The notes under the pieces: generated by a model
Told to the model about the DNA's origin: nothing
The model's database searches: none
The model's input: the letters and a program-made list of their open reading frames with translations, nothing else
Position numbers and translations under genes: made by a program
Shown here: positions 49,401 through 61,400 of the stretch, piece by piece
Position numbering within the stretch: position 1 is the first letter of the stretch
Layout: each line of letters opens with the position of its first letter
From: Macrostomum lignano
Taxonomy: Eukaryota
NCBI GenBank assembly: GCA_002269645.1
Contig: NIVC01003105.1
Coordinates: 1-64,000 of the forward strand
Length of the DNA: 64,000 nucleotides
Direction: 5' to 3'

Positions 49401-52400
49401 GGCAAAATCAAGTACTATGTGCCGCCAACTCCGAAACCAACTGAGCAGCCTAAGCAGGGTGAGTCATTCGGTCCAATAGGTCTTTGTCGTTGCCAGTCCG
49501 CTAAATTTTGTCGAGAGTTGAACCTTTCCTCTGCTTTTTTGCCTCAATTCGTTTTTTGGTTTTTCATTTTTACACGGCATTTTTTCGGCTCAATTTTGTT
49601 CTTATTTAACCCTTTTTTCTGTGTCAACCGTGATAAATTTTTGGCTTGTGATCAACTAGGACTCTATTTAAATAACTTACGTATTACTCAAATGAATACG
49701 AAATGCTCTGTCATGACCCACTGTGACCTATCATAGCCCGATATGACCCGTCATAACCTGCTCTCACCTGTTTTATGACTCAAGCTGACCTCTCTGTCGT
49801 GACCCCTATCTGACCTATCATGACTCTTATCTGACCTATCATGGCCCCTATCTGACCTATCATGACCCCTATCTGACCTATCATGACCCTTATCTGACCT
49901 ATCATGACCCCTATCTGACCTATCATGACCCTTATCTGACCTATCATGACCCTTATCTGACCTATCATGACCCCTATCTGACTTATCATGACCCCTATCT
50001 GACTTATCATGACCCTTATCTGACCTATCATGACCCCTATCTGACCTATCATGACCCTTATCTGACCTATCATGACCCCTATCTGACCTATCATGACCCT
50101 TATCTGACCTATCATGACCCCTATCTGACCTATCATGACCCCTATCTGACCTATCATGACCCCTATCTGACCTATCATGACCCCTATCTGACCTATCATG
50201 ACCCCTATCTGACCTATCATGACCCCTATCTGACCTATCATGACCCCTATCTGACTTATCATGACCCTTATCTGACCTATCATGACCCTTATCTGACCTA
50301 TCATGACCCCTTTCTGACCTATCATGACCCCTATCTGACCTATCATGACCCTTTTCTGACCTATCATGACCCTTATCTGACCTATCATGACCCTTATCTG
50401 ACCTATCATGACCCCTATCTGACCTATCATGACCCTTATCTGATCTATCATGACCCCTATCTGACCTATCATGACCCCTATCTGACCTATCATGACCCTT
50501 ATCTGACCTATCATGACCCTTATCTGACCTATCATGACCCTTATCTGACCTATCATGACCCCTATCTGACCTATCATGACCCTTATCTGATCTATCATGA
50601 CCCCTATCTGACCTATCATGACCCCTATCTGACCTATCATGACCCTTATCTGATCTATCATGACCCCTATCTGACCTATCATGACCCCTATCTGACCTAT
50701 CATGACCCTTATCTGATCTATCATGACCCCTATCTGACCTATCATGACCCTTATCTGATCTATCATGACCCCTATCTGACCTATAACAGCCTCTATCTAT
50801 AACCTTTCCTGACTCAATATTGCATCCTTTATGAGCCATTTCTAATTTTCATGACCTATTTTCATCCACCTTGACCATCTGTAAGCCGTCATGACTCAAT
50901 TCATTCTAACCATCAATCCTCGGTTTATGACGGGTCATCGTATGAGCGTATGACTAGGTAGTCTTTATCCCAGCCTATGCCCAGAGGCTCTGCGTAGCCA
51001 GCGCAGCCTCAGGCAACAGTCCGCACTCACTCGCGCGTCCTCAACAATTGCTACTCAATAATAATCAACTCAAAGCTTTGGCAAAGCGAGGCCGAACGGT
51101 CGATTAACCGGTCGGGCTGCCACCTGCCGCCAACCGTGACGTCTGCCGAAATTATTCAACGCGGCGAAGGCCTGCGAGCCCGCCTTGGCCAGTTGCTAAG
51201 GGACAAGCTGGTCCGGGTGGCCGAGTTAGAAAAGAAACGACAAGAAGCCGCCGCGGCTAAGCTGAAAGCCGAAAAGGAAGCTAAGGCTACGGCTAAGGCT
51301 AAGGCCCAGGCTAAAGCCGAACAGGCTAAGGCTAGGGCTAAAGCCGAGGCTAAGGCTAGGGCTAAAGCCGAGGCTAAGGCTAAGCGACGCAGAGGCCGAT
51401 TTATTCGACCTGGCGCCGACGGCAGCTACCGATTGGGTCGAAGGGATCGGCGCCGACTGCGCGAGATGATGCTGAGGGCGGCCATCATGCGGGAGCTGTC
51501 CGGCACGAGAACTGCTTCTTCTGGTTGCTTTTTTACCCTGATCCATTTTTTCTCCGTTTTTCTCTTTTTTGCTTCTATTTTCGGATTCAGCTGTTATTAT
51601 TTGGCGATATGCAGATTGTTTCTCGCGTCCAAGGTTTTATTCCTTTATTATGTAACATTTTGACCGTTTCCATTAATTTTCTTCATTTTTGTGGCGATTG
51701 TAATATCATTTTTTAGTAATCCCCCGATCCTTCAGTTCCCTTCTGGTATCAGTTCCCCCGATCCTTCAGTTCCCTTCTATCAGTTCCCCCCGATCCTTCA
51801 GTTCCCTTCTATCAGTTCCCCCCGATCCTTCAGTTCCCTTCTATCAGTTCCCCCCGATCCTTCAGTTCCCTTCTATCAGTTCCCCCCGATCCTTCAGTTC
51901 CCTTCTATCAGTTCCCCCCGATCCTTCAGTTCCCCCGATCCTTCAGTTCCCTTCTATCAGTTCCCCCGATCCTTCAGTTCCCTTCTGGTATCAGTTCCCC
52001 CCGATCCTTCAGTTCCCTTCTATCAGTTCCCCCCGATCCTTCAGTTCTCCCCGATCCTTCAGTTCTCCCCGATCCTTCAGTTCCCTTCTATCAGTTCCCC
52101 CCGATCCTTCAGTTCCCTTCTATCAGTTCCCCCGATCCTTCAGTTCCCCCGATCCTTCAGTTCCCCCCGATCCTTCAGTTCCCTTCTATCAGTTCCCCCG
52201 ATCCTTCAGTTCCCCCCGATCCTTCAGTTCTCCCCGATCCTTCAGTTCCCTCGATCCTTCAGTTCCCCCGATCCTTCAGTTCTCCCCGATCCTTCAGTTC
52301 CCCCCGATCCTTCAGTTCCCTTCTATCAGTTCCCCCCGATCCTTCAGTTCCCCCCGATCCTTCAGTTCTCCCCGATCCTTCAGTTCCCCTCGATCCTTCA

Positions 52401-55400
52401 GTTCCCCTCGATCCTTCAGTTCCCCTCGATCCTTCAGTTCCCCTCGATCCTTCAGTTCCCCCCGATCCTTCAGTTCCCCTCCCATCAGTTCCCCCCGATC
52501 CTTCAGTTCCCTTCTATCAGTTCCCCCCGATCCTTCAGTTCCCCTCCCATCAGTTCCCCCCGATCCTTCAGTTCCCTTCTATCAGTTCCCCCCGATCCTT
52601 CAGTTCCCTTCTATCAGTTCCCCCCGATCCTTCAGTTCCCTTCTATCAGTTCTCCCCGATCCTTCAGTTCCCCTCGATCCTTCAGTTCCCCCCGATCCTT
52701 CAGTTCCCCCGATCCTTCAGTTCCCCCGATCCTTCAGTTCCCCCGATCCTTCAGTTCCCCACGATCCTTCAGTTCCCCCGATCCTTCAGGTTCCCCCGAT
52801 CCTTCAGTTCCCCCCGATCCTTCAGTTCCCCCCGATCCTTCAGTTCCCCCGATCCTTCAGTTCCCCCGATCCTTCAGGTTCCCCCGATCCTTCAGTTCCC
52901 CCCGATCCTTCAGTTCCCCCCGATCCTTCAGTTCCCCCCGATCCTTCAGTTCCCCCCGATCCTTCAGTTCCCTTCTATCAGTTTCCCCCGATCCTTCAGT
53001 TCCCCTCCCATCAGTTCCCCCCGATCCTTCAGTTCCCCCCGATCCTTCAGTTCCCCCGATCCTTCAGTTCCCCCGATCCTTCAGTTCCCCCGATCCTTCA
53101 GTTCCCCCGATCCTTCAGTTCCCCCCGATCCTTCAGTTCCCCTCGATCCTTCAGTTCCCCGATCCTTCAGTTCCCCTCGATCCTTCAGTTCCCCCCGATC
53201 CTTCAGTTCCCCCGATCCTTCAGTTCCCTTCTATCAGTTCCCCCGATCCTTCAGTTCCCTTCTTGTATCAGTTCCCCCCGATCCTTCAGTTCCCTTCTAT
53301 CAGTTCCCCCCGATCCTTCAGTTCTCCCGATCCTTCAGTTCCCTTCTATCAGTTCCCCCCGATCCTTCAGTTCCCTTCTATCAGTTCCCCCCGATCCTTC
53401 AGTTCCCCCCGATCCTTCAGTTCCCCCGATCCTTCAGTTCCCTTCTATCAGTTCCCCCGATCCTTCAGTTCCCCCGATCCTTCAGTTCTCCCCGATCCTT
53501 CAGTTCCCCTCGATCCTTCAGTTCCCCCCGATCCTTCAGTTCTCCCCGATCCTTCAGTTCCCCCCGATCCTTCAGTTCCCTTCTATCAGTTCCCCCCGAT
53601 CCTTCAGTTCCCCCCGATCCTTCAGTTCTCCCCGATCCTTCAGTTCCCCTCGATCCTTCAGTTCCCCTCGATCCTTCAGTTCCCCTCGATCCTTCAGTTC
53701 CCCCCGATCCTTCAGTTCCCCTCCCATCAGTTCCCCCGATCCTTCAGTTCCCTTCTATCAGTTCCCCCGATCCTTCAGTTCCCCTCCCATCAGTTCCCCC
53801 CGATCCTTCAGTTCCCTTCTATCAGTTCCCCCCGATCCTTCAGTTCCCTTCTATCAGTTCCCCCCGATCCTTCAGTTCCCTTCTATCAGTTCTCCCCGAT
53901 CCTTCAGTTCCCCTCGATCCTTCAGTTCCCCCCGATCCTTCAGTTCCCCCCGATCCTTCAGTTCCCCCCGATCCTTCAGTTCCCCCCGATCCTTCAGTTC
54001 CCCGATCCTTCAGTTCCCCCGATCCTTCAGTTCCCCCCGATCCTTCAGTTCCCCCGATCCTTCAGTTCCCCCGATCCTTCAGTTCCCCCCGATCCTTCAG
54101 TTCCCCCGATCCTTCAGGTTCCCCCCGATCCTTCAGTTCCCCCGATCCTTCAGTTCCCCCGATCCTTCAGTTCCCCCGATCCTTCAGTTCCCCCGATCCT
54201 TCAGTTCCCCCGATCCTTCAGTTCCCTTCTATCAGTTCCCCCCGATCCTTCAGTTCCCCTCCCATCAGTTCCCCCCGATCCTTCAGTTCCCCCGATCCTT
54301 CAGTTCCCCCCGATCCTTCAGTTCCCCCGATCCTTCAGTTCCCCCGATCCTTCAGTTCCCCCGATCCTTCAGTTCCCCCCGATCCTTCAGTTCCCTCGAT
54401 CCTTCAGTTCCCCCGATCCTTCAGTTCCCCTCGATCCTTCAGTTCCCCCGATCCTTCAGTTCCCCCGATCCTTCAGTTCCCTCGATCCTTCAGTTCCCCC
54501 GATCCTTCAGTTCCCCGATCCTTCAGTTCCCCTCGATCCTTCAGTTCCCCCGATCCTTCAGTTCCCCTCGATCCTTCAGTTCCCCCGATCCTTCAGTTCC
54601 CCCGATCCTTCAGTTCCCCTCGATCCTTCAGTTCCCCCGATCCTTCAGTTCCCCTCGATCCTTCAGTTCCCCCGATCCTTCAGTTCCCTCGATCCTTCAG
54701 TTCCCCCGATCCTTCAGTTCCCCCGATCCTTCAGTTCCCCTCGATCCTTCAGTTCCCCTCGATCCTTCAGTTCCCCTCGATCCTTCAGTTCCCCTCGATC
54801 CTTCAGTTCCCCTCGATCCTTCAGTTCCCCCGATCCTTCAGTTCCCCCCGATCCTTCAGTTCCCCCGATCCTTCAGTTCTCCCCGATCCTTCAGTTCCCC
54901 CGATCCTTCAGTTCCCCCGATCCTTCAGTTCCCCTCGATCCTTCAGTTCCCCCGATCCTTCAGTTCCCCTCGATCCTTCAGTTCCCCGATCCTTCAGTTC
55001 CCCCGATCCTTCAGTTCCCCCGATCCTTCAGTTCCCCCGATCCTTCAGTTCCCCCGATCCTTCAGTTCCCCCGATCCTTCAGTTCCCCCGATCCTTCAGT
55101 TCCCCCGATCCTTCAGTTCCCCCGATCCTTCAGTTCCCCCCGATCCTTCAGTTCCCCCGATCCTTCAGTTCCCCCGATCCTTCAGTTCCCCTCGATCCTT
55201 CAGTTCCCTTCTATCAGTTCCCCTCGATCCTTCAGTTCCCTTCTATCAGTTCCCCCGATCCTTCAGTTCCCCTCGATCCTTCAGTTCCCTTCTATCAGTT
55301 CCCCCCGATCCTTCAGTTCCCTTCTATCAGTTCCCCCCGATCCTTCAGTTCCCTTCTATCAGTTCCCCCCGATCCTTCAGTTCCCTTCTATCAGTTCCCC

Positions 55401-58400
55401 CCGATCCTTCAGTTCCCTCGATCCTTCAGTTCCCCCCGATCCTTCAGTTCCCTCGATCCTTCAGTTCCCCCGATCCTTCAGTTCCCCTCGATCCTTCAGT
55501 TCCCCCCGATCCTTCAGTTCCCCTCGATCCTTCAGTTCCCCCCGATCCTTCAGTTCCCCTCGATCCTTCAGTTCCCCCGATCCTTCAGTTCCCCTCGATC
55601 CTTCAGTTCCCCCCGATCCTTCAGTTCCCCCGATCCTTCAGTTCCCCCGATCCTTCAGTTCCCCCCGATCCTTCAGTTCCCCTCGATCCTTCAGTTCCCC
55701 CGATCCTTCAGTTCCCCTCGATCCTTCAGTTCCCGATCCTTCAGTTCCCCTCGATCCTTCAGTTCCCCCGATCCTTCAGTTCCCCGATCCTTCAGTTCCC
55801 CCCGATCCTTCAGTTCCCTTCTATCAGTTCCCCCCGATCCTTCAGTTCCCTTCTGGTATCAGTTCCCCCCGATCCTTCAGTTCCCTTCTATCAGTTCCCG
55901 CCGATCCTTCAGTTCCCTTCTATCAGTTCCCCCCGATCCTTCAGTTCCCTCTATCAGTTCCCCCCGATCCTTCAGTTCCCTTCCTTCAGTTCCCCCGATC
56001 CTTCAGTTCCCTTCTATCAGTTCCCCCGATCCTTCAGTTCCCCCGATCCTTCAGTTCTCCCCGATCCTTCAGTTCCCTCGATCCTTCAGTTCCCCTCGAT
56101 CCTTCAGTTCCCCCAATCCTTCAGTTCCCCTCGATCCTTCAGTTCTCCCCGATCCTTCAGTTCCCCTCGATCCTTCAGTTCCCCTCGATCCTTCAGTTCC
56201 CCCGATCCTTCAGTTCCCCCGATCCTTCAGTTCCCCCGATCCTTCAGTTCTCCCCGATCCTTCAGTTCCCCTCGATCCTTCAGTTCCCCCCGATCCTTCA
56301 GTTCCCCTCGATCCTTCAGTTCTCCCCGATCCTTCAGTTCCCCTCGATCCTTCAGTTCCCCCCGATCCTTCAGTTCCCCCGATCCTTCAGTTCCCCCGAT
56401 CCTTCAGTTCCCCGATCCTTCAGTTCCCCCCGATCCTTCAGTTCCCCCCGATCCTTCAGTTCCCCCCGATCCTTCAGTTCCCCCGATCCTTCAGTTCCCC
56501 CGATCCTTCAGTTCCCCCGATCCTTCAGTTCCCCTCGATCCTTCAGTTCCCTTCTATCAGTTCCCCTCGATCCTTCAGTTCCCTTCTATCAGTTCCCCCG
56601 ATCCTTCAGTTCCCCTCGATCCTTCAGTTCCCTTCTATCAGTTCCCCCCGATCCTTCAGTTCCCTTCTATCAGTTCCCCCCGATCCTTCAGTTCCCTTCT
56701 ATCAGTTCCCCCGATCCTTCAGTTCCCTTCTATCAGTTCCCCCCGATCCTTCAGTTCCCCTCGATCCTTCAGTTCCCCCGATCCTTCAGTTCCCTTCTAT
56801 CAGTTCCCCCCGATCCTTCAGTTCCCCTCGATCCTTCAGTTCCCCCCGATCCTTCAGTTCCCCTCGATCCTTCAGTTCCCCCCGATCCTTCAGCTCCCCT
56901 CGATCCTTCAGTTCCCCCCGATCCTTCAGTTCCCCTCGATCCTTCAGTTCCCCCCGATCCTTCAGTTCCCCTCGATCCTTCAGTTCCCCCGATCCTTCAG
57001 TTCCCCCCGATCCTTCAGTTCCCTTCTATCAGTCCCCCCCGATCCTTCAGTTCCCCTCGATCCTTCAGTTCTCCCCGATCCTTCAGTTCCCCTCGATCCT
57101 TCAGTTCCCCTCGATCCTTCAGTTCCCCTCGATCCTTCAGTTCCCCCCGATCCTTCAGTTCCCCTCGATCCTTCAGTTCTCCTCGATCCTTCAGTTCCCC
57201 TCGATCCTTCAGTTCCCCCCGATCCTTCAGTTCCCCCCGATCCTTCAGTTCCCTTCTATCAGTTCCCCCCGATCCTTCAGTTTCCTTCTATCAGTTCTCC
57301 CCGATCCTTCAGTTCCCCTCGATCCTTCAGTTCCCCTCGATCCTTCAGTTCCCCTCGATCCTTCAGTTCCCCCCGATCCTTCAGTTCCCCTCGATCCTTC
57401 AGTTCTCCTCGATCCTTCAGTTCCCCTCGATCCTTCAGTTCCCCCCGATCCTTCAGTTCCCCCCGATCCTTCAGTTCCCTTCTATCAGTTCCCCCCGATC
57501 CTTCAGTTCCCTTCTATCAGTTCTCCCCGATCCTTCAGTTCCCCTCGATCCTTCAGTTCCCCCGATCCTTCAGTTCCCCCGATCCTTCAGTTCCCCCGAT
57601 CCTTCAGTTCCCCCCGATCCTTCAGTTCCCCACGATCCTTCAGTTCCCCCGATCCTTCAGGTTCCCCCGATCCTTCAGTTCCCCCGATCCTTCAGTTCCC
57701 CCCGATCCTTCAGTTCCCCCGATCCTTCAGTTCCCCCCGATCCTTCAGGTTCCCCCGATCCTTCAGTTCCCCCCGATCCTTCAGTTCCCCCGATCCTTCA
57801 GTTCCCCCCGATCCTTCAGTTCCCCCGATCCTTCAGTTCCCCCGATCCTTCAGTTCCCTTCTATCAGTTCCCCCGATCCTTCAGTTCCCCTCCCATCAGT
57901 TCCCCCGATCCTTCAGTTCCCCCCGATCCTTCAGTTCCCCCGATCCTTCAGTTCCCCCGATCCTTCAGTTCCCCTCGATCCTTCAGTTCCCCCCGATCCT
58001 TCAGTTCCCCCCGATCCTTCAGTTCCCCTCGATCCTTCAGTTCTCCCCGATCCTTCAGTTCCCCTCGATCCTTCAGTTCCCCCCGATCCTTCAGTTCCCC
58101 TCGATCCTTCAGTTCCCCCCAATCCTTCAGTTCCTCTCGATCCTTCAGTTCTCCCCGATCCTTCAGTTCCCCTCGATCCTTCAGTTCCCCTCGATCCTTC
58201 AGTTCCCCCCGATCCTTCAGTTCCCCTCGATCCTTCAGTTCCCCCCAATCCTTCAGTTCCCCTCGATCCTTCAGTTCCCCTCGATCCTTCAGTTCCCCCC
58301 GATCCTTCAGTTCCCCTCGATCCTTCAGTTCCCCCCAATCCTTCAGTTCCCCTCGATCCTTCAGTTCTCCCCGATCCTTCAGTTCCCCTCGATCCTTCAG

Positions 58401-61400
58401 TTCCCCTCGATCCTTCAGTTCTCCCCGATCCTTCAGTTCCCCTCGATCCTTCAGTTCCCCTCGATCCTTCAGTTCCCCTCGATCCTTCAGTTCCCCCCGA
58501 TCCTTCAGTTCCCCTCGATCCTTCAGTTCTCCCCGATCCTTCAGTTCCCCCCGATCCTTCAGTTCCCCCCGATCCTTCAGTTCTCCCCGATCCTTCAGTT
58601 CCCCTCGATCCTTCAGTTCCCCCCGATCCTTCAGTTCCCCTCGATCCTTCAGTTCTCCCCGATCCTTCAGTTCCCCTCGATCCTTCAGTTCCCCCCGATG
58701 CTTCGGTTCCCCCCGATCCTTCAGTTCCCCCGATCCTTCAGTTCCCCTCGATCCTTCAGTTCCCCCGATCCTTCAGTTCCCCCGATCCTTCAGTTCCCCC
58801 GATCCTTCAGTTCCCCCGATCCTTCAGTTCCCCCCGATCCTTCAGTTCCCCCCGATCCTTCAGTTCCCCTCGATCCTTCAGTTCCCTTCTATCAGTTCCC
58901 CTCGATCCTTCAGTTCCCTTCTATCAGTTCCCCCCGATCCTTCAGTTCCCCTCGATCCTTCAGTTCCCTTCTATCAGTTCCCCCCGATCCTTCAGTTCCC
59001 TTCTATCAGTTCCCCCCGATCCTTCAGTTCCCTTCTATCAGTTCCCCCCGATCCTTCAGTTCCCTTCTATCAGTTCCCCCCGATCCTTCAGTTCCCCTCG
59101 ATCCTTCAGTTCCCCCCGATCCTTCAGTTCCCTTCTATCAGTTCCCCCCGATCCTTCAGTTCCCCTCGATCCTTCAGTTCCCCCCGATCCTTCAGTTCCC
59201 CTCGATCCTTCAGTTCCCCCGATCCTTCAGCTCCCCTCGATCCTTCAGTTCCCCCCGATCCTTCAGTTCCCCTCGATCCTTCAGTTCCCCCCGATCCTTC
59301 AGTTCCCCTCGATCCTTCAGTTCCCCCCGATCCTTCAGTTCCCCCCGATCCTTCAGTTCCCTTCTATCAGTCCCCCCCGATCCTTCAGTTCCCCTCGATC
59401 CTTCAGTTCTCCCCGATCCTTCAGTTCCCCTCGATCCTTCAGTTCCCCTCGATCCTTCAGTTCCCCTCGATCCTTCAGTTCCCCCCGATCCTTCAGTTCC
59501 CCCCGATCCTTCAGTTCCCCCCGATCCTTCAGTTCCCTTCTATCAGTTCCCCCCGATCCTTCAGTTCCCTTCTGGTATCAGTTCCCCCCGATCCTTCAGT
59601 TCCCTTCTATCAGTTCCCCCCGATCCTTCAGTTCTCCCCGATCCTTCAGTTCCCTTCTATCAGTTCCCGCCGATCCTTCAGTTCCCTTCTATCAGTTCCC
59701 CCCGATCCTTCAGTTTCCCCCGATCCTTCAGTTCCCCCCGATCCTTCAGTTCCCTTCTATCAGTTCCCCCCGATCCTTCAGTTCCCCCCGATCCTTCAGT
59801 TCTCCCCGATCCTTCAGTTCCCCTCGATCCTTCAGTTCCCCTCGATCCTTCAGTTCCCCCCAATCCTTCAGTTCCCCTCGATCCTTCAGTTCTCCCCGAT
59901 CCTTCAGTTCCCCTCGATCCTTCAGTTCCCCTCGATCCTTCAGTTCCCCCGATCCTTCAGTTCCCCCGATCCTTCAGTTCCCCCGATCCTTCAGTTCTCC
60001 CCGATCCTTCAGTTCCCCTCGATCCTTCAGTTCCCCCGATCCTTCAGTTCCCCTCGATCCTTCAGTTCTCCCCGATCCTTCAGTTCCCCTCGATCCTTCA
60101 GTTCCCCCGATCCTTCAGTTCCCCCCGATCCTTCAGTTCCCCCGATCCTTCAGTTCCCCTCGATCCTTCAGTTCCCCCCGATCCTTCAGTTCCCCCGATC
60201 CTTCAGTTCCCCCGATCCTTCAGTTCCCCCGATCCTTCAGTTCCCCCGATCCTTCAGTTCCCCCGATCCTTCAGTTCCCCTCGATCCTTCAGTTCCCTTC
60301 TATCAGTTCCCCTCGATCCTTCAGTTCCCTTCTATCAGTTCCCCCGATCCTTCAGTTCCCCTCGATCCTTCAGTTCCCTTCTATCAGTTCCCCCGATCCT
60401 TCAGTTCCCTTCTATCAGTTCCCCCCGATCCTTCAGTTCCCTTCTATCAGTTCCCCCGATCCTTCAGTTCCCTTCTATCAGTTCCCCCCGATCCTTCAGT
60501 TCCCCTCGATCCTTCAGTTCCCCCCGATCCTTCAGTTCCCTTCTATCAGTTCCCCCCGATCCTTCAGTTCCCCTCGATCCTTCAGTTCCCCCGATCCTTC
60601 AGTTCCCCTCGATCCTTCAGTTCCCCCCGATCCTTCAGCTCCCCTCGATCCTTCAGTTCCCCCCGATCCTTCAGTTCCCCTCGATCCTTCAGTTCCCCCG
60701 ATCCTTCAGTTCCCCTCGATCCTTCAGTTCCCCCGATCCTTCAGTTCCCCCGATCCTTCAGTTCCCTTCTATCAGTCCCCCCCGATCCTTCAGTTCCCCT
60801 CGATCCTTCAGTTCTCCCCGATCCTTCAGTTCCCCTCGATCCTTCAGTTCCCCTCGATCCTTCAGTTCCCCTCGATCCTTCAGTTCCCCCCGATCCTTCA
60901 GTTCCCCTCGATCCTTCAGTTCTCCTCGATCCTTCAGTTCCCCTCGATCCTTCAGTTCCCCCCGATCCTTCAGTTCCCCCCGATCCTTCAGTTCCCTTCT
61001 ATCAGTTCCCCCGATCCTTCAGTTTCCTTCTATCAGTTCTCCCCGATCCTTCAGTTCCCCTCGATCCTTCAGTTCCCCTCGATCCTTCAGTTCCCCTCGA
61101 TCCTTCAGTTCCCCCCGATCCTTCAGTTCCCCTCGATCCTTCAGTTCTCCTCGATCCTTCAGTTCCCCTCGATCCTTCAGTTCCCCCCGATCCTTCAGTT
61201 CCCCCCGATCCTTCAGTTCCCTTCTATCAGTTCCCCCCGATCCTTCAGTTTCCTTCTATCAGTTCCCCCCCGATCCTTCAGTTCCCCCCGATCCTTCAGT
61301 TCCCCTCGATCCTTCAGTTCCCCTCGATCCTTCAGTTCCCCCCGATCCTTCAGTTCCCCTCGATCCTTCAGTTCCCCCCGATCCTTCAGTTCCCCTCGAT

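Noticed and set aside
49751-50839. DRGHDRS and MIGQIGV repeat ORFs
   Set aside because: 21-bp minisatellite, antisense to HYOU1.
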